Assembly (NCBI RefSeq): GCF_001194135.2
Contig: NC_068996.1
Coordinates: 49,672,827-49,724,697, forward strand
From: Octopus bimaculoides
Lineage: Eukaryota
DNA: 51,871 nucleotides
Direction of reading: 5' to 3'
The notes below the pieces were generated by a model that made no database searches, was not told where the DNA came from, and was given only the letters and a program-made list of their open reading frames with translations. Of this stretch, positions 22,720 through 35,015 are shown piece by piece (position 1 is the first letter of the stretch; each line of letters starts with the position of its first letter). The position numbers and the translations under genes are program-made.

Positions 22720-23235
22720 AGGGCTCTGCTAAGCCATCAATCCACTTTGCCAGGGTCTTCTTTGTGAGGGTGTCATGTTTCTGCTCCATAGAGGAGAATG
22801 GAGAAGACCAATGCATTGTAGATGCGGAGCTTTGTCTTCTGGGAGACAGAACAATGGTGCCACCAATGCTTCCACAAAATGATGAGAAGAACATTAAATA
22901 GTACCATCATATTTCCAACCTCATAGCCATCCACAGCAAGAACTGGTACAGACACATCCTCTGCCACCTGCCAAATCATCTTATCAGAAGAGCCTTATTC
23001 TCATTTGATGCAGCAGCTGCAGGTTGGAAGAGGCCCTATGGCAGACTCCGTGCCATATAAGCTGGACATGATTAAAGAAGATCTTGATGTCATCTTGGAG
23101 GATGCTGAGTGGCTGGCACAGGACTGCCAGTGATAGGAAGCACTGGTGTACCTGGTCAGCTCTACACACAATGACGCTTCTAGGACCACTAACCTGGGAT
23201 GACCCCAAGTCCCATCAAGTAAGAGCATGAAGCAA
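22720..23235 (-). mobile_element. RTE-clade LINE 3' fragment
   Basis: SVSQKTKLRIYNALVFSILLYGAET is a typical RTE RT C-terminal motif; multiple stops. Confidence 0.7.
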
Positions 23236-23269
23236 CAGAATCTTCATTATAACTATCTCGCACATTTAA

Positions 23270-23702
23270 CCCTTTAGCATTTAACTGGTCGTGTCCAGTC
23301 CAAATAGTAACTGGTTTTATATTCAAACCAACCAAGTCTGACCAGGTCTAGCCTACCAGGAAATGTCTTTAAATTAACCTATCACACCATCAAAATCTCA
23401 AAAGCTACAGGATAGTATACAATTAATTGCAAACAATGTGAATAAACGAGCATTACATTTGATAAAGTTATCTGAATATTAAAGGGTCAATCCATTAGAA
23501 TTTAAACTGGCCATATGCTAAACATTCTATTTGTTTTATGTTCAAACTGGCCAAATCTGGCCTACCAGGCAATATATTTCTAAAACTAAACAATCACATC
23601 ATCAAAATCTCAAAGCTCTGAGATAATGCACGATTAATTCAAAACAGCATGAATAAATAAGCATTACATTTGACAAAATAATCTGGATGTTCCACAGTTA
23701 AA
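23270..23702 (+). mobile_element. Two tandem copies of the CCCTTTAGCATT MITE family
   Basis: TTAA-ccctttagcatt at 23266; second unit from ~23491; both carry atcaaaatctcaaagct and gcattacatttga. Confidence 0.75.
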
Positions 23703-24186
23703 CATTTTAGAATAAGTTTGATTGTTTTGATTTATCAAAAGAAAATATTTCTAACAAATAATAAAGTTTAGATAATCTTCACCACAAATAAAAACATCTA
23801 AGAAAATCTGCCACACCACCAAACCATTTGTTGCAATCATGCAACAAAACTATTGTCTGGATGACGAAACAGAAAGAGAAAAAATACAACTCATACTACA
23901 GTAAAAAATATCCTAAAACAATATTAAGCAGTGCTCACTAAAAATTTCATTAAAAAATTAATCATTAATCAATATTTAAATCAACATTTCTGACTATCAG
24001 AGTTAATGTCAGTTTCACATTAAAATTAATGAATTTGGATATGTTTGTATTGTGTCGAGTTAAAAACAAATCTGATATTGCAGAATGCTGACTCTTCATA
24101 TTTTTCAGTCGTTGGACTGTGGGCCATGCTGGGGCACAGCCTTGATGGGTTTTAATTAAATGAATTAACACTAGTACTTATTTTGA

Positions 24187-24408
24187 CCCTTTTGTTACCA
24201 TATTTCTGTTGAGATGCTCTGTGTTTCTTTCAATTAATTTAAATATAACAAAGAATTTAGTAAAATAACTTAGTTATCATAAAACTAGTGTTAGGAACAT
24301 AAATTTGTGACTAAGGTTTGGTGGAAGATTTTAATTCAAAACTTATGAAAACAAGACATTTGTACTACAGAGCCAGAGGTGATTTCAGCCAGGTTGGTAT
24401 TGAAAGGG
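24187..24408. mobile_element. piggyBac-like MITE (CCCTTT.GTTACC family) interrupting a SINE
   Basis: cccttttgttacc...ggtattgaaaggg-TTAA; SINE-A tail sequence continues on both sides. Confidence 0.7.
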
Positions 24409-24654
24409 TTAAAGTTTGACACTTATTCTATTAGTCACTTTTACTGAACTGTTAAGTTACAGGAATGTAAGCAAACCAACAACTGTGGTCAAGTGGTGGT
24501 GTGAGACAAGCACAGGCAGGCGCGCGCGCGCGCACGCACGCACACGCACGCACGCGAAGGGAACTGAGTTCAGAATATAAAGACCCAGAAGAAAATGATA
24601 AATCAGTTCTGATGAATCTTTACATTCTCAGCTCAAATGTGCTAACTCACTGCT

Positions 24655-24890
24655 TTAATAATCCTTTCCAGTACAGGAACAAGGCCTGAAATTTTGGGAG
24701 AGGGAATGGGGAGTGCTAGAGCCAGTGACATCAACCCGAGTGCTCAACTGGTATTCATTCCATCAACCCTGAAAGGATGAAAGGCAAAGTCAACCTCAGT
24801 GAAATTTGAGCTCAGGACATAAAGACAAACGAAATGCCACTCAGCATTTTGTCCAGCATGCTAATGGTTCCGCCCGCTTGCTGCCTTAAC
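24655..24890 (-). mobile_element. SINE family B
   Basis: aaggatgaaaggcaaagtcaacc...atttgagctcag, inverse of 20239. Confidence 0.75.
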
Positions 24891-25189
24891 TCACTGCTTT
24901 GATAATAATAATAATAATGATAATAATTGTGCCTGTAATAACTGGTGCATTGGAAACTGTAAGCAAAGATATAGACAAATGGTTGAAGGAGATTGGAATA
25001 GAATGTCCCTGTAGAGCTTCTGTAGAAAGTTTGCCACTTAAGGACAGGAAGGATTATCAGGAGGGTTCTAAGCACTTGAAAGACTATTGAAAGCTTGAGG
25101 ATACTTAAGGTTACAGGTAGTAACTGTCTACCCACAGAAACCCTACCAGGGATAAGAACAGACCAGAGTCAAATCATCAATAATAATTC

Positions 25190-25389
25190 TTTCTAATTTT
25201 TGGTACAAGGCTAGCAAATTTGGGGTAGAGGGAGAGGACTTGTCGATTACATTGACCCCAAAGTCCAACTGGTACTTATCTTAACTCCAAAAGGATGAAA
25301 AGAAAAGGATTTGACTCAAGAATGTAAAGATGATGAAAAACCACCAAGCATTTTGTCCAGTGTGCTAACAATTCTGTCAGCTCACTGCC

Positions 25390-25392
<3 letters not shown>
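25190..25392 (-). mobile_element. SINE family B
   Basis: caactggtacttat...gcattttgtccagtgtgctaacaattctgtcag. Confidence 0.7.
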
Positions 25393-25420
<28 letters not shown>

Positions 25421-25782
25421 GAGCACTTAGAGAGCGCAAACCTCCACCAGGGCAACACCAACATCCTCTCAACAATTAGCCAGAGATGATTTTTAAAATG
25501 AGAATAACTGAAATAAACTCAACTGCTCTCAAAAATGAGAATACTAATAATGAACCCGACCGATCTCAAAAATTAAGTAAAAAAAACAAAAATAATTCAG
25601 AATCGTTGCCTGGTGCCGGGTTGATCCCAAAACCTAATCAGTTTGTGCCAGTCACAAGGCCAAACATCTTGGAAGTTTCATCCAAATCCACCCAGTGGTT
25701 CTTGAGATATCTTGTCCAGGGACAAACAAACACGACTGATAACAATACCTCCGCCTTAGTGAAGGCAATAATAATTAAACAA
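25421..25782 (+). mobile_element. Helentron/DINE-1-like non-autonomous element (tentative)
   Basis: Subterminal ctcc(g/a)cc motifs near the 5' end and near the 3' end (aatacctccgccttagtgaaggc hairpin); homologous to 38930-39215. Confidence 0.5.
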
Positions 25783-26164
25783 ATAGTTACTGAAGGAGAC
25801 AGAGGCTCTTCTTGAGTTGCTAGACATGTTCTTTATCACCACACAAATCAAAATATTAGTCATAAGTGAAAGAGAAAAACTTATGGAGAAACTACAATGA
25901 AGGTGGTTGTTATTGCACCATATTTATTCTATTATTCAAGAACATACTCATAAAGATTTTTGATACTATATAGCTTGTATGACTGATGGAGGAAACTTAT
26001 CGACACCCAGGCACAATGCAAATACATAAAGAGGTGGGGTTGTTGTTGAGAGAAAGAAAATATTAGAAGGGACTGGAAAAGAGCCAGTTTAGAAAGTTTT
26101 GTAATTCATCAGGTTTTTTTTGAATTCTGATCATATGCAAACTCATTATATATAGCTTGACAGA

Positions 26165-26575
26165 TTCAACCATCTATCCATCTTCTCTACCTTCTAGAGG
26201 GGTCATGGGTGGGGAGAGTCCTCAGGTACCTCTTCCGTTGGGTCCTTTCAGAAGTAACCATCATTAGACTTTCCTGCTGGGTTTCCAAACACGAACAACT
26301 GAACTATGGATATTCTCCAACCATCTTATTCCTAGTTTATCCCCAAGTCTCCTGCCAGTTGTGGGGCTAGTCCTCTGGCACTTTCTCCATAGGGTCCTAC
26401 CAGAAACAACCATCATCACACTTTCCAGCTGGATTCCAAAACGTGACCAACTTAGACTATGGATATTATCCGACCATTTCATCCTTGGTTTACCCCAACA
26501 TCTCCTCTCAGCTGGTTTGACTTGAAGAATCCGTCTTGCAATTCTTCCCTGCAACATTCTAATCACTTGTTTGAA
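26165..26575 (-). mobile_element. RTE-clade LINE 3' fragment
   Basis: IARRILQVKPAERRCWGKPRMKWSDNI resembles the RTE C-terminus (G.R..GRP...W.D.I). Confidence 0.6.
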
Positions 26576-27111
26576 TTATCTGAGCTGTGACTTTCCAAAG
26601 TGGAGAAGTAGTGGCTTGGCCTGGAGAGACTCCCCAATCTCTGAACCACACACCCTATCCAGTAATGTTACTCCAGATATCCTTTAGAGAAATCCAATTT
26701 TGGTCACTTGTATTCATGAACATACTTTTTCAGTCATTACCCGACATTCATGAAATCAAACTAGTTCGTAACTTTTGTAATGTTAGTATATGATAGTTCA
26801 AAATTTTAATAGGAAGGCCATTCAGTCATAAAAACTCTGCCAAATACAGACACAGAAGTCTGGTGCAGGCTCTTCCCTGGCCAGTTCCTGTCAAACCATC
26901 CAACCCATGCCAGAATGGAAGGTGGACGTTGAATGATGATGAGGAGGATGATGGATTAAGAAGCATACCAAACAAAATTAAGTTTCATCACCAGAGAAAA
27001 CAGTAAAAAAAAAAAGTGAGCTAATGAAGAAGCCTCTACACAATCATTAAACCTGCTAGAAACAGCAGCTAAATCTCTCTGAAGTCACTTACCTTTTATT
27101 ATAATTTTCTT

Positions 27112-27480
27112 TTTTACTTGTTTCAGTCAATGAACAACTATGTTGGGGCACCAACATGAGTTTTGTTGAACAAATCAACCCCAGTACTTATTCTACCAAT
27201 TTCATTTGAACTGCCAAGTTATGAGGAAGTAAATAAACCAACCCATTGTCAAACAATGGAGCAGGGAAGAGAGGGAGACAAACATAAACGTGTGTGTGTG
27301 TGTGTGTGTTTGTGTGTGTGTATATATATAACATATGCACACATACAGTGAGCCTTCACACAATTTCAAACTATCAAATCCACTCACAAAGACATTGGTG
27401 AGCCCAGCGTTATAATAGGAGACACTTGCTCCAAGATGCCACACATTGGGACTGAACTGAAAACCACGTGGTTGCAAAGC
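27112..27480 (-). mobile_element. SINE family A, diverged
   Basis: Reverse complement; atccactcacaaagac...gggactgaac. Confidence 0.7.
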
Positions 27481-27599
27481 GAGACCACACACCCAGACTT
27501 GTCACTTGCAAGCACGTATTACTGCGTAGTACGTGCCATGGTTTTGCTAAATTATTTTAGGGTCCCTCTGTTAGTCTTGAGCTTTACCATTTTCTTCAG

Positions 27600-27975
27600 T
27601 TCTTCCACTTTTGATCCAACAGAACAAAGGTCTGCTACTATAGCCCCAGGACAAACAATGCCGTGTGAGTGTATGTGTGTCAGTGATGTCAGTGTGTGGG
27701 TGATGTGTGCGCACGGGCGGGGGCGATGGTGTGGGCATGATGTGTGTGATGGTGTCTTTATGTCTATGTTTGTCCCTCCACCACCACCACTTGACAACTA
27801 ATATTAGTTTGTTTTTACATCCTTGTAACTTAGCAGTTTGGCAAAAGAAACAGAATAAGTGCCAGACTAAAAAACAAAAAAAAAAATATGTACTGGGGTA
27901 GAGTTGTGAAATAAAACCATTCAAGGCAGTGCTCCAGCATGGCAACAGTCCAATGACTGAAATGAGTAAAAAAAA
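27600..27975 (+). mobile_element. SINE family A, partial/composite
   Basis: tctgctactatagcccc...gtaacttagcagtttggcaaaag...caatgactgaaa. Confidence 0.65.
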
Positions 27976-28027
27976 TTAAGAAAAAAAAGACAGACCAAGA
28001 AATAGAGTTTAAGAAAACTTCCAATGA

Positions 28028-28080
<53 letters not shown>

Positions 28081-28134
28081 TATAATAATAATAATGGAAC
28101 AGTTATTATGAAGCATTGTATAGAATATATTGAA

Positions 28135-28338
28135 TAAAGGATCGTAGGTAAGGCCAGAACAATGCAAAGTAAATGTGAAGTAAAATCACACCTGCAACAT
28201 TCGTTAATTTCTTGAGGATGGACTCATAACCCTGAAATATTGAATGCAAGGTAAGTCTACATTAATTCATATATTTGTTTTCTTGTGATTTGCCTTACTT
28301 TTACTTTGCATTGTTCTGGCCTTACCCATGATCCTTTA
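28135..28338. repeat. Foldback element between (TA)n tracts
   Basis: taaaggatcgtaggtaaggccagaacaatgcaaagtaaa (28135-28173) inverted at 28300-28338; related sequence at ~375-415. Confidence 0.75.
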
Positions 28339-28344
28339 TATATA

Positions 28345-28570
28345 TATATACATAGGTTTCAAATTTTGACACAAGGTCACCAATTTTGGGGGAAGAGGGC
28401 AAGTTGATTACACTGACCCCAATGCACAACTGGTACTACTTATATTTGGCCCCAGGAGGATGAAAGGCAAAGTCAACCTCAGCGGAACTTGAACTCAGAG
28501 CATAAAGATGGATGAAATGCTGCTAAGCATTTTTTGCCTAACGTGCTAACAATTCTGCCAGCTTGACACC
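28345..28570 (-). mobile_element. SINE family B
   Basis: ggatgaaaggcaaagtcaacctcagcggaacttgaactcag. Confidence 0.75.
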
Positions 28571-29299
28571 ATCAATTTGACAGCTATGTTATTAACAAAC
28601 AAAAAAAAAAAGGAAAAGAAAAAAAAAAAATCAACTTAATATCGGTATATCAACTGCTGTAAGTTTTCACCTCTCTATACACAAAACATTTCTCAGTATA
28701 CAAAATATTATGAGGATAATTGGAACATATGTCAGACTATTATTTCCAAAATAATTTTTATTTTAAAATCAATGAAAAACAAAAACATCCCAAAACAAAA
28801 AGTCTTTTTTTTTTCTCAAAGTTATTTGCATAAACCATCTATCTATTAACTGATTCTAAATATCTACCTATTAACTGATTCTTACTCATTACAATAAAAT
28901 TAAAATTGTGTATAAGGATGATCAATTTTTTTTAATGTTTTTTTTTTCTAGAATCTTTTTAGTTAGGAGACATTGTCCACAACTGTTTTTCAGGACCTCA
29001 AAGATTTGTGGTGGAAAGGGAAGACAATATTCTCAAACTGTAAACCTGGCCCAAAAGCTTACAACAGGAGTGGACTAAAGTTCCAGTATTGAAAGTATTA
29101 AACTAGGTAATAAATTAAGACTGCCACCCCAGTAAGCCATGGCAGAATTTGAACTTGGAACCCCAAAAGCAAAATATCACACTGCAAGGCAGTCAATCTG
29201 ACATTCATTCTTACAATTCCATTAATCCACTGCTCTGGATCAGTAAATTTTTTATTGATCCTAGAAAGGATCAATAAAAGCAAAGTTAACCTGTGCTTG

Positions 29300-29642
29300 A
29301 GAAGACCTGTTGAGTCGAGTAAAAATCGCTGTCATGGCTGATGCCAGTGCCGCCTGACTGGTTCCCATGCTGCTGGTACATAAAAGCACCGTTCGAGCAT
29401 GACTAATACCAGTGTTGCCTGATGGCTCACATGCCGGTGGCACGTAAAAAGCACCATTGGAGCATGGTCGATGCCAGTGCTCCCTGACTGGCTCCCATGC
29501 CAGTGGTGCATAAAAAAGGCACCCACTGCACTATCAGAGTTGGTGTTAGGAAGGGCATCCAGCTGTAGATGCACGGATGTAGTCCTCAGTCAAACCGTCC
29601 AACCCATGCCAGCATGGATAGCGGACATTAAATGACGATGAA
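29300..29642 (+). mobile_element. Family C copy with three 65-bp units
   Basis: Units at 29340, 29405, 29470; ends aggaagggcatccagctgtag...cggacattaaatgacgatga. Confidence 0.8.
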
Positions 29643-32600
29643 CCTCAGTGGAATTTGAACTTGAAACACAAGTGCCAATTTCCTACCTTACGGTATGGTA
29701 TATTCCTAAATTGATGTCACTATGATTCTTGTCAAACCACTTTATGTAATTATGTTAAGGATCCCAGTACACCAGTAAATTTCCCCCTTCATAACATTCC
29801 AAGCAAACATTAATATTTGTTTTAATTCAAATGCTATGCAATTTCTCAACATAACTAACTCAGTGGTTTCATTTTCAAGCACGGACATGTTTAGTCATAG
29901 GACTAAAATAATTTGAAATATTAATTTAAGGTTGGCCAACCAGTATGTTGTACTAGTGTTTTTTTTTTCTCTCTCTTTTTTTATCCCCTCCCTACCAGTT
30001 TTTGGTATGTAGGTATTTAATGTCTTGCAGAAGACAAACTACTTAAATAGTAGAACTATGATGTCTGTCCTCACAAGACAGTTCAACAAAATCTTAAAAA
30101 GTAGAGCTTAGCATCAAATTTAAGAAGCATAAATTAAGTCATTTTGATTGTATCCAGAGTTTGTTGACACTAGCTAAAGCTGGTTTAAATCAACAAGATG
30201 ACAAAATTTCCTTTACAGAAAAAAAAAGAAAAAAAAAAAAAAAAAAAAAAAAAAAAGAAGACTTGTTTATATACTTACATCTTACATATACAAATATACC
30301 AACATGTAGTGGGAAACGTGTAAATTAAATAAGTTATCAAAGTCTTTTTGTTTCAATCTTATTTGCACACAACAATTTTAAAACTAGCATCTATTCAACA
30401 ATAATTTACCATCTTGTGAAGAAGCTACCTGATTTTGTTAAACCAATCGTTTCATATGAATTAAATTCAAGAGTTAACAATATCTTAGTCCCAAAGTTGT
30501 TTCCCCGTTCCAAGCTACATGAATGGGCATACCTTTCATGTAATATTTTTGGTGGATCTCCAGCTGTCACAGTGTACTACTAGTGTTCTTGGCAAAGCAT
30601 GACAAATATTTTTTGATAGTAGAAAGGCACCAGATCATGTGTTTTGCTAACGAGAATTTACAAAGGAACTTTGAAATTGCAATAAAAAAAAAAAAAATCT
30701 CCATGACTTACTGAAGCACAATTAGTTTTGTTTGTTGGTGTGAGGAGGAAAGGTAATAATATCCAAAGCTCTGTTTTTAGGTTCTTTTTAAATGGGTGAG
30801 ACTAATGGAATTCTAATAAATTTTTAATACGTCCACAGCTCAGTGGATATGGAGTAGATATAAGCAAAGAAAAATATTCAATTTGAATGAGGTTTTCAGA
30901 GAAGGTAGTGAAATAAAGAATAGAACTAAGTTCCTTGAATATCTTCAGGCTTTTGTGGTTCACAAGCTGTCGTGGAATACAATTCAACAACAGGTTGATA
31001 TTTGCAGAGAGAAATTAAAAAATGAAAGAGAGAGAGAGGGGCTTGCTTAATATATATGTGCAGATAATATCATTGGTACTGTCTGAGAGTTTCCCATGGT
31101 TAACAATGCAATTTCGATGACAATTCCCATGACAAAACTGCATTGACTGAATGTGTTCCTAATGTGCACAAATTAGAGAATAACTAGCTTCCACAAGGAT
31201 GCACAATCATATTGAAAGATCTGAAACTAGTGTGTGTGTGTGTGTGTGTGTGTGAATCATCCACTTATCCGTGTGGGAAGGGACGATGAATAGGTGTCCT
31301 ATGAGACACTGATTATGTTTTCATGTGGAAACAATGTAGGTGTACACACACACACGTAAACCTTTCATTTAGTCATGTACATGAAATGAAATGTAACATT
31401 TGGAGCAGTAGGCAGTAATACTTGATGCAAAGTCCACATTCTAATGATTTGGTCTACATTGTCTTTTTAATTTGCTTCACACACCACCATGTCCTCAACA
31501 CTTACTACAAGCTCTGAAATTACAATTTTCCTCACTAGCTGTTAAACAAGGTATGATTAACCAAATATTTCTAATTCTTAACTATTATGTCCTTCAATTA
31601 AGAAAAAGAAAAAAAAACTTTAACCTTTCATTTTATGAATTTGTAGTATTGTAGGTATGTCGAAAAGTTGACTCTTTTTGAGAGACCATATTCCTTATGA
31701 AATACTTCAATTAGTTTTTGACGAAAAGAAAAGACTTTGGAAAGATTTAGTAAGTTCTTTATTACTAAAGCTGCTGTTTAAAACATAACATGTTCTTATA
31801 TATAATTAAAATAAGCTTTAAGTTAAATATGATCACTTTATTATGGACAGTTTACGACCACAGAAGCAAGGGATTGGTGGTCTCAAATAAAATAATTATA
31901 AGAAGGTTGAAAAGTGTTCAGATGACAAATGAAATGCTTCTAAATAAAACATCTGGATTCCAAAAACTTCAGTAGTTAAGGAAAGCATAAAGCAGTAGTT
32001 TGATTGAGCCTAACAGAAATTCAAAAGCTGACATGAAACCACCTATCATACTATGAAAATTTTATTTGCCTTTTAAAAATGAAAGTACTGAATAGAATAA
32101 CGCTTCGTATTTCTTTTGACTTTATTCTCCAGGTTCAAATTTTGGTCAACTTTGCTTTTCACCTTTTTGGGACTGAGGGGGGGGAAGAANNNNNNNNNNT
32201 GGATGTGTTTACAGTATTTCTCCTAGATTTTTGCATTCTGAGTTCAAATCCATGAGCTCACGGAAAAAGGGTGGAAGCACATCCCCTAAAATTTTGTGGT
32301 AGGCAGTGAAAATGCTTTTGAACATCCTCCTGAAAAACTTAATTGCCAAAAGGAACAAGCCTCGAAACAGTTTTGAACTTACTTGAAACATTACTTTCCC
32401 ATTATTGGATTGATCTGATTTTATTGATGTACAAATATAATAATAATTATTATTATACCCGTGTTTGTTTTGTTATGACTGGGGGAAAAAAAAAAAGTCA
32501 ACTTAGATTATAAAAACATTTTGGACTTGGGTTTGTGTCCTCTAAGCAAATTTTGTTCCCGCACTTATGTTGAAATTCTATCCTGCCCTACACGGGTGGT

Positions 32601-32884
32601 AGATTTAATTCTTCACCTCATTCAACACCACCAACTGGAATGTGCAGAGACCAGTGTTGCCAGCATTCAGGCCAGGTCTTCCTCCCTCCTGCCCGCCCAC
32701 TAGTGTCAGAAGCTCTATAAAGAGTCATGGACATTGCTTTCCCCTCCTGGCATAAAGACAATTTAATTTTTTTTAAATTAAAACATTTCCAATTTTATGC
32801 AAGAGTCTTCCATTAAGTTTGTGATAAGAAACATGAAAAACAAAATTTATTACAAAAAAAAAAAAAAAAAAAAAATCAACATAC

Positions 32885-33092
32885 CTGGATTGTTGGCTTC
32901 CTCCTCGAGTCGTTGTACTTGGGAACAGTCTGAAGCACTCTGTTCAAGAACTTGGGCAATAAATTTAACTTGAATGGGTGATAACCGTTTCAGCAATGAA
33001 TACAAGGCCACTGTTTGCTCGCATTCACTCCAACTCTGAAACCAACTTGATATAGTTTTTACTTGATCTTTAAACATATTATTGGACTTCAT
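32885..33092 (-). CDS. SAMD4: Smaug/SAMD4 homologue, coding exon 1 (69 codons + 1 nt)
   Basis: [69 protein letters not shown] matches the recalled SAMD4A/Smaug N-terminus ([33 protein letters not shown]...EREANSP). ATG at 33092; donor CCAG/GTATGT at 32884, phase 1. Confidence 0.95.
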
Positions 33093-33939
33093 AATGTCAA
33101 GTTTACAGCCGTCTACACTCCTCCGCTTCTTTCTCTATGTTTATTTGCATTCATATGCAAGTTTTGCCAGTGAGTGAATGAGCGAAATATAGAAATAGGG
33201 CAAAAAAGAACGACTAGAAATATCAGAAATAGACAATTTATGAAAAATAAACATTGAATGTTTATGACATCGTTCTTTCTGTATATATAAATATATACGT
33301 TCTTTAAATGCTTTTGTAATGGCTGAATATGAAAATATTTGTTTTACGTTGATAATCCTGAAGAATGTTTGATGAAATTAAAATCTAGAAAGAGGTATCC
33401 GCATTCAAATCGCTCCACACCTCAGCTGTTGAAGACGACGACAAACAGAGACGAGTAGTTCAGGACATCAGAGAAACAGCAGCAGCAGCAGAAATGAAAA
33501 GGAAAAAATATATATATATATATATAAAATAAAGCTAATTTAGTAACAGATAAAGTAAATAAGAAGTAACATAAAACTACAAAAAACAAAAGACATTTAT
33601 ATAGCTCCTCATTGCACGTCTAAATATGTGTGTATGTAAAGATATATACTTAGAGAGAGAGAGAGAGAAAGGCAGCAAGCAAAGATGAAAAAAAAAAAAA
33701 AAAAAAAAAACATAGTTGCACTCACCATTCATATGATGACATTTGAAGTCTATTCAATTTGCTAATGGACAAGTATATTATATAGGTAGACGAAAATAAA
33801 ATGCAATAGAAACAATTTATAAACACGAGACTACGTAAATACCCCATCACAACCCAAAGGCGGACTACGAAACTAAGGAAATTTAGTTTGAAGTGGTAGC
33901 TCTGCTTCCAATATTACGGATGCTTTTATACATATTATA

Positions 33940-33970
33940 CATATATATATATATATATATATGGCACTCT

Positions 33971-34049
<79 letters not shown>

Positions 34050-34442
34050 ATATATATACATACATACAAATGCGTATGATTTTGCTTGCTTTCCTCTTGC
34101 TCAGCGCTCACGCACAAACGCGCGCACGCACGCACACACGCTCAGAAATGTGCAGTGATACAAATGGGGGGAGAAATTGTTTCTACACAGAAGGAAACCG
34201 AAATATAAATCTTAAACAAAACAAGAATTGTGAAGGAAGAAGCAGCGCAAAGAGAGACCCAACAACTTCTCCCACCACTGAGACAACAAATGCTCTCCAC
34301 CACCACCCGACACACACCTACCCCACCCTCGTGCCTGTTTGCAATTAAACTTGTGGATCCCCTCAAGTCACATTCGACTAAACATAGTCACTTACAAGTC
34401 CACACAAGCTCAAATCATTCTCGAACCCGAGAGACTGCCCAC

Positions 34443-34521
<79 letters not shown>

Positions 34522-34690
34522 CATATACATATATATATATACATACACGCACACGCATATACATACACGCACACACGCATATACATACATATACATATAT
34601 ATACATACACGCATATACATACATATATATACATACACGCACACGCATATACATATATATATATATATACATACACGCATACACACACAC
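33940..34690. repeat. Long (TA)n/(CA)n/(TACA)n microsatellite tracts
   Basis: Direct inspection. Similar tracts at 1691-1732, 5446-5511, 10650-10690, 46660-46730, 47325-47357 and elsewhere. Confidence 0.9.
34227..34446. repeat. Second copy of the ~225-bp repeat
   Basis: gaaggaagaagcagcgcaa..gagacccaacaac...ctcgaacccgagagactgcccacaac(TA)n. Confidence 0.8.
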
Positions 34691-34696
34691 ATATGC

Positions 34697-35015
34697 TTTT
34701 ACTTGTTTTGGTCATTGGACTGCGGCCATGAAGTACTGCCTCAAAGGGTTTAGTCGAACAAATCGACTGTAGTACATGATTTTTTTTTCAAGTCTGGTAT
34801 TTATTCACTAGGTCACTTATGCCAAACCGTTACGTTACGGTGGGGTGGGGATTTCAATACAAACACAACGATTCAAACACACACACACACACACACACGT
34901 ATATGCATACATACACGAGCGACAGGCTTCTTTCACTTACCGTCTACCAAATCCAGAAACAGGGATTTGGTCGACCCGGGCCTATAGCAGAAGACACTCG
35001 CCCAAGGGGCGGCAC
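34697..35015 (-). mobile_element. SINE family A, diverged, in the promoter zone
   Basis: ttttacttgttttggtcattggactgcggccatg...ggcttctttcac...ccgtctaccaaatcc. Confidence 0.75.

Larger units (their letters stand above)
9801..32884 (-). other. SAMD4: Smaug intron between coding exons 1 and 2 (~23.1 kb)
   Basis: GT...AG boundaries with compatible phase; no intervening conserved exon recognised. Confidence 0.85.

Noticed and set aside
33352-33395. CUGAAGA-AU GUUUG AU-GAA-AUU AA AAU-C motif near the Smaug 5' region
   Set aside because: No stem I, only a 2-bp stem II and all A-U pairs; expected by chance in AT-rich DNA; antisense to the gene.
33873-34772. Cluster of long ORFs ([10 protein letters not shown])
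   Set aside because: Translations of (TA)n/(CA)n microsatellites. Likewise the many 60-100-aa ORFs containing NHMVPGSVPLCGTLGKCLLL or RPQDLFF are SINE read-throughs.
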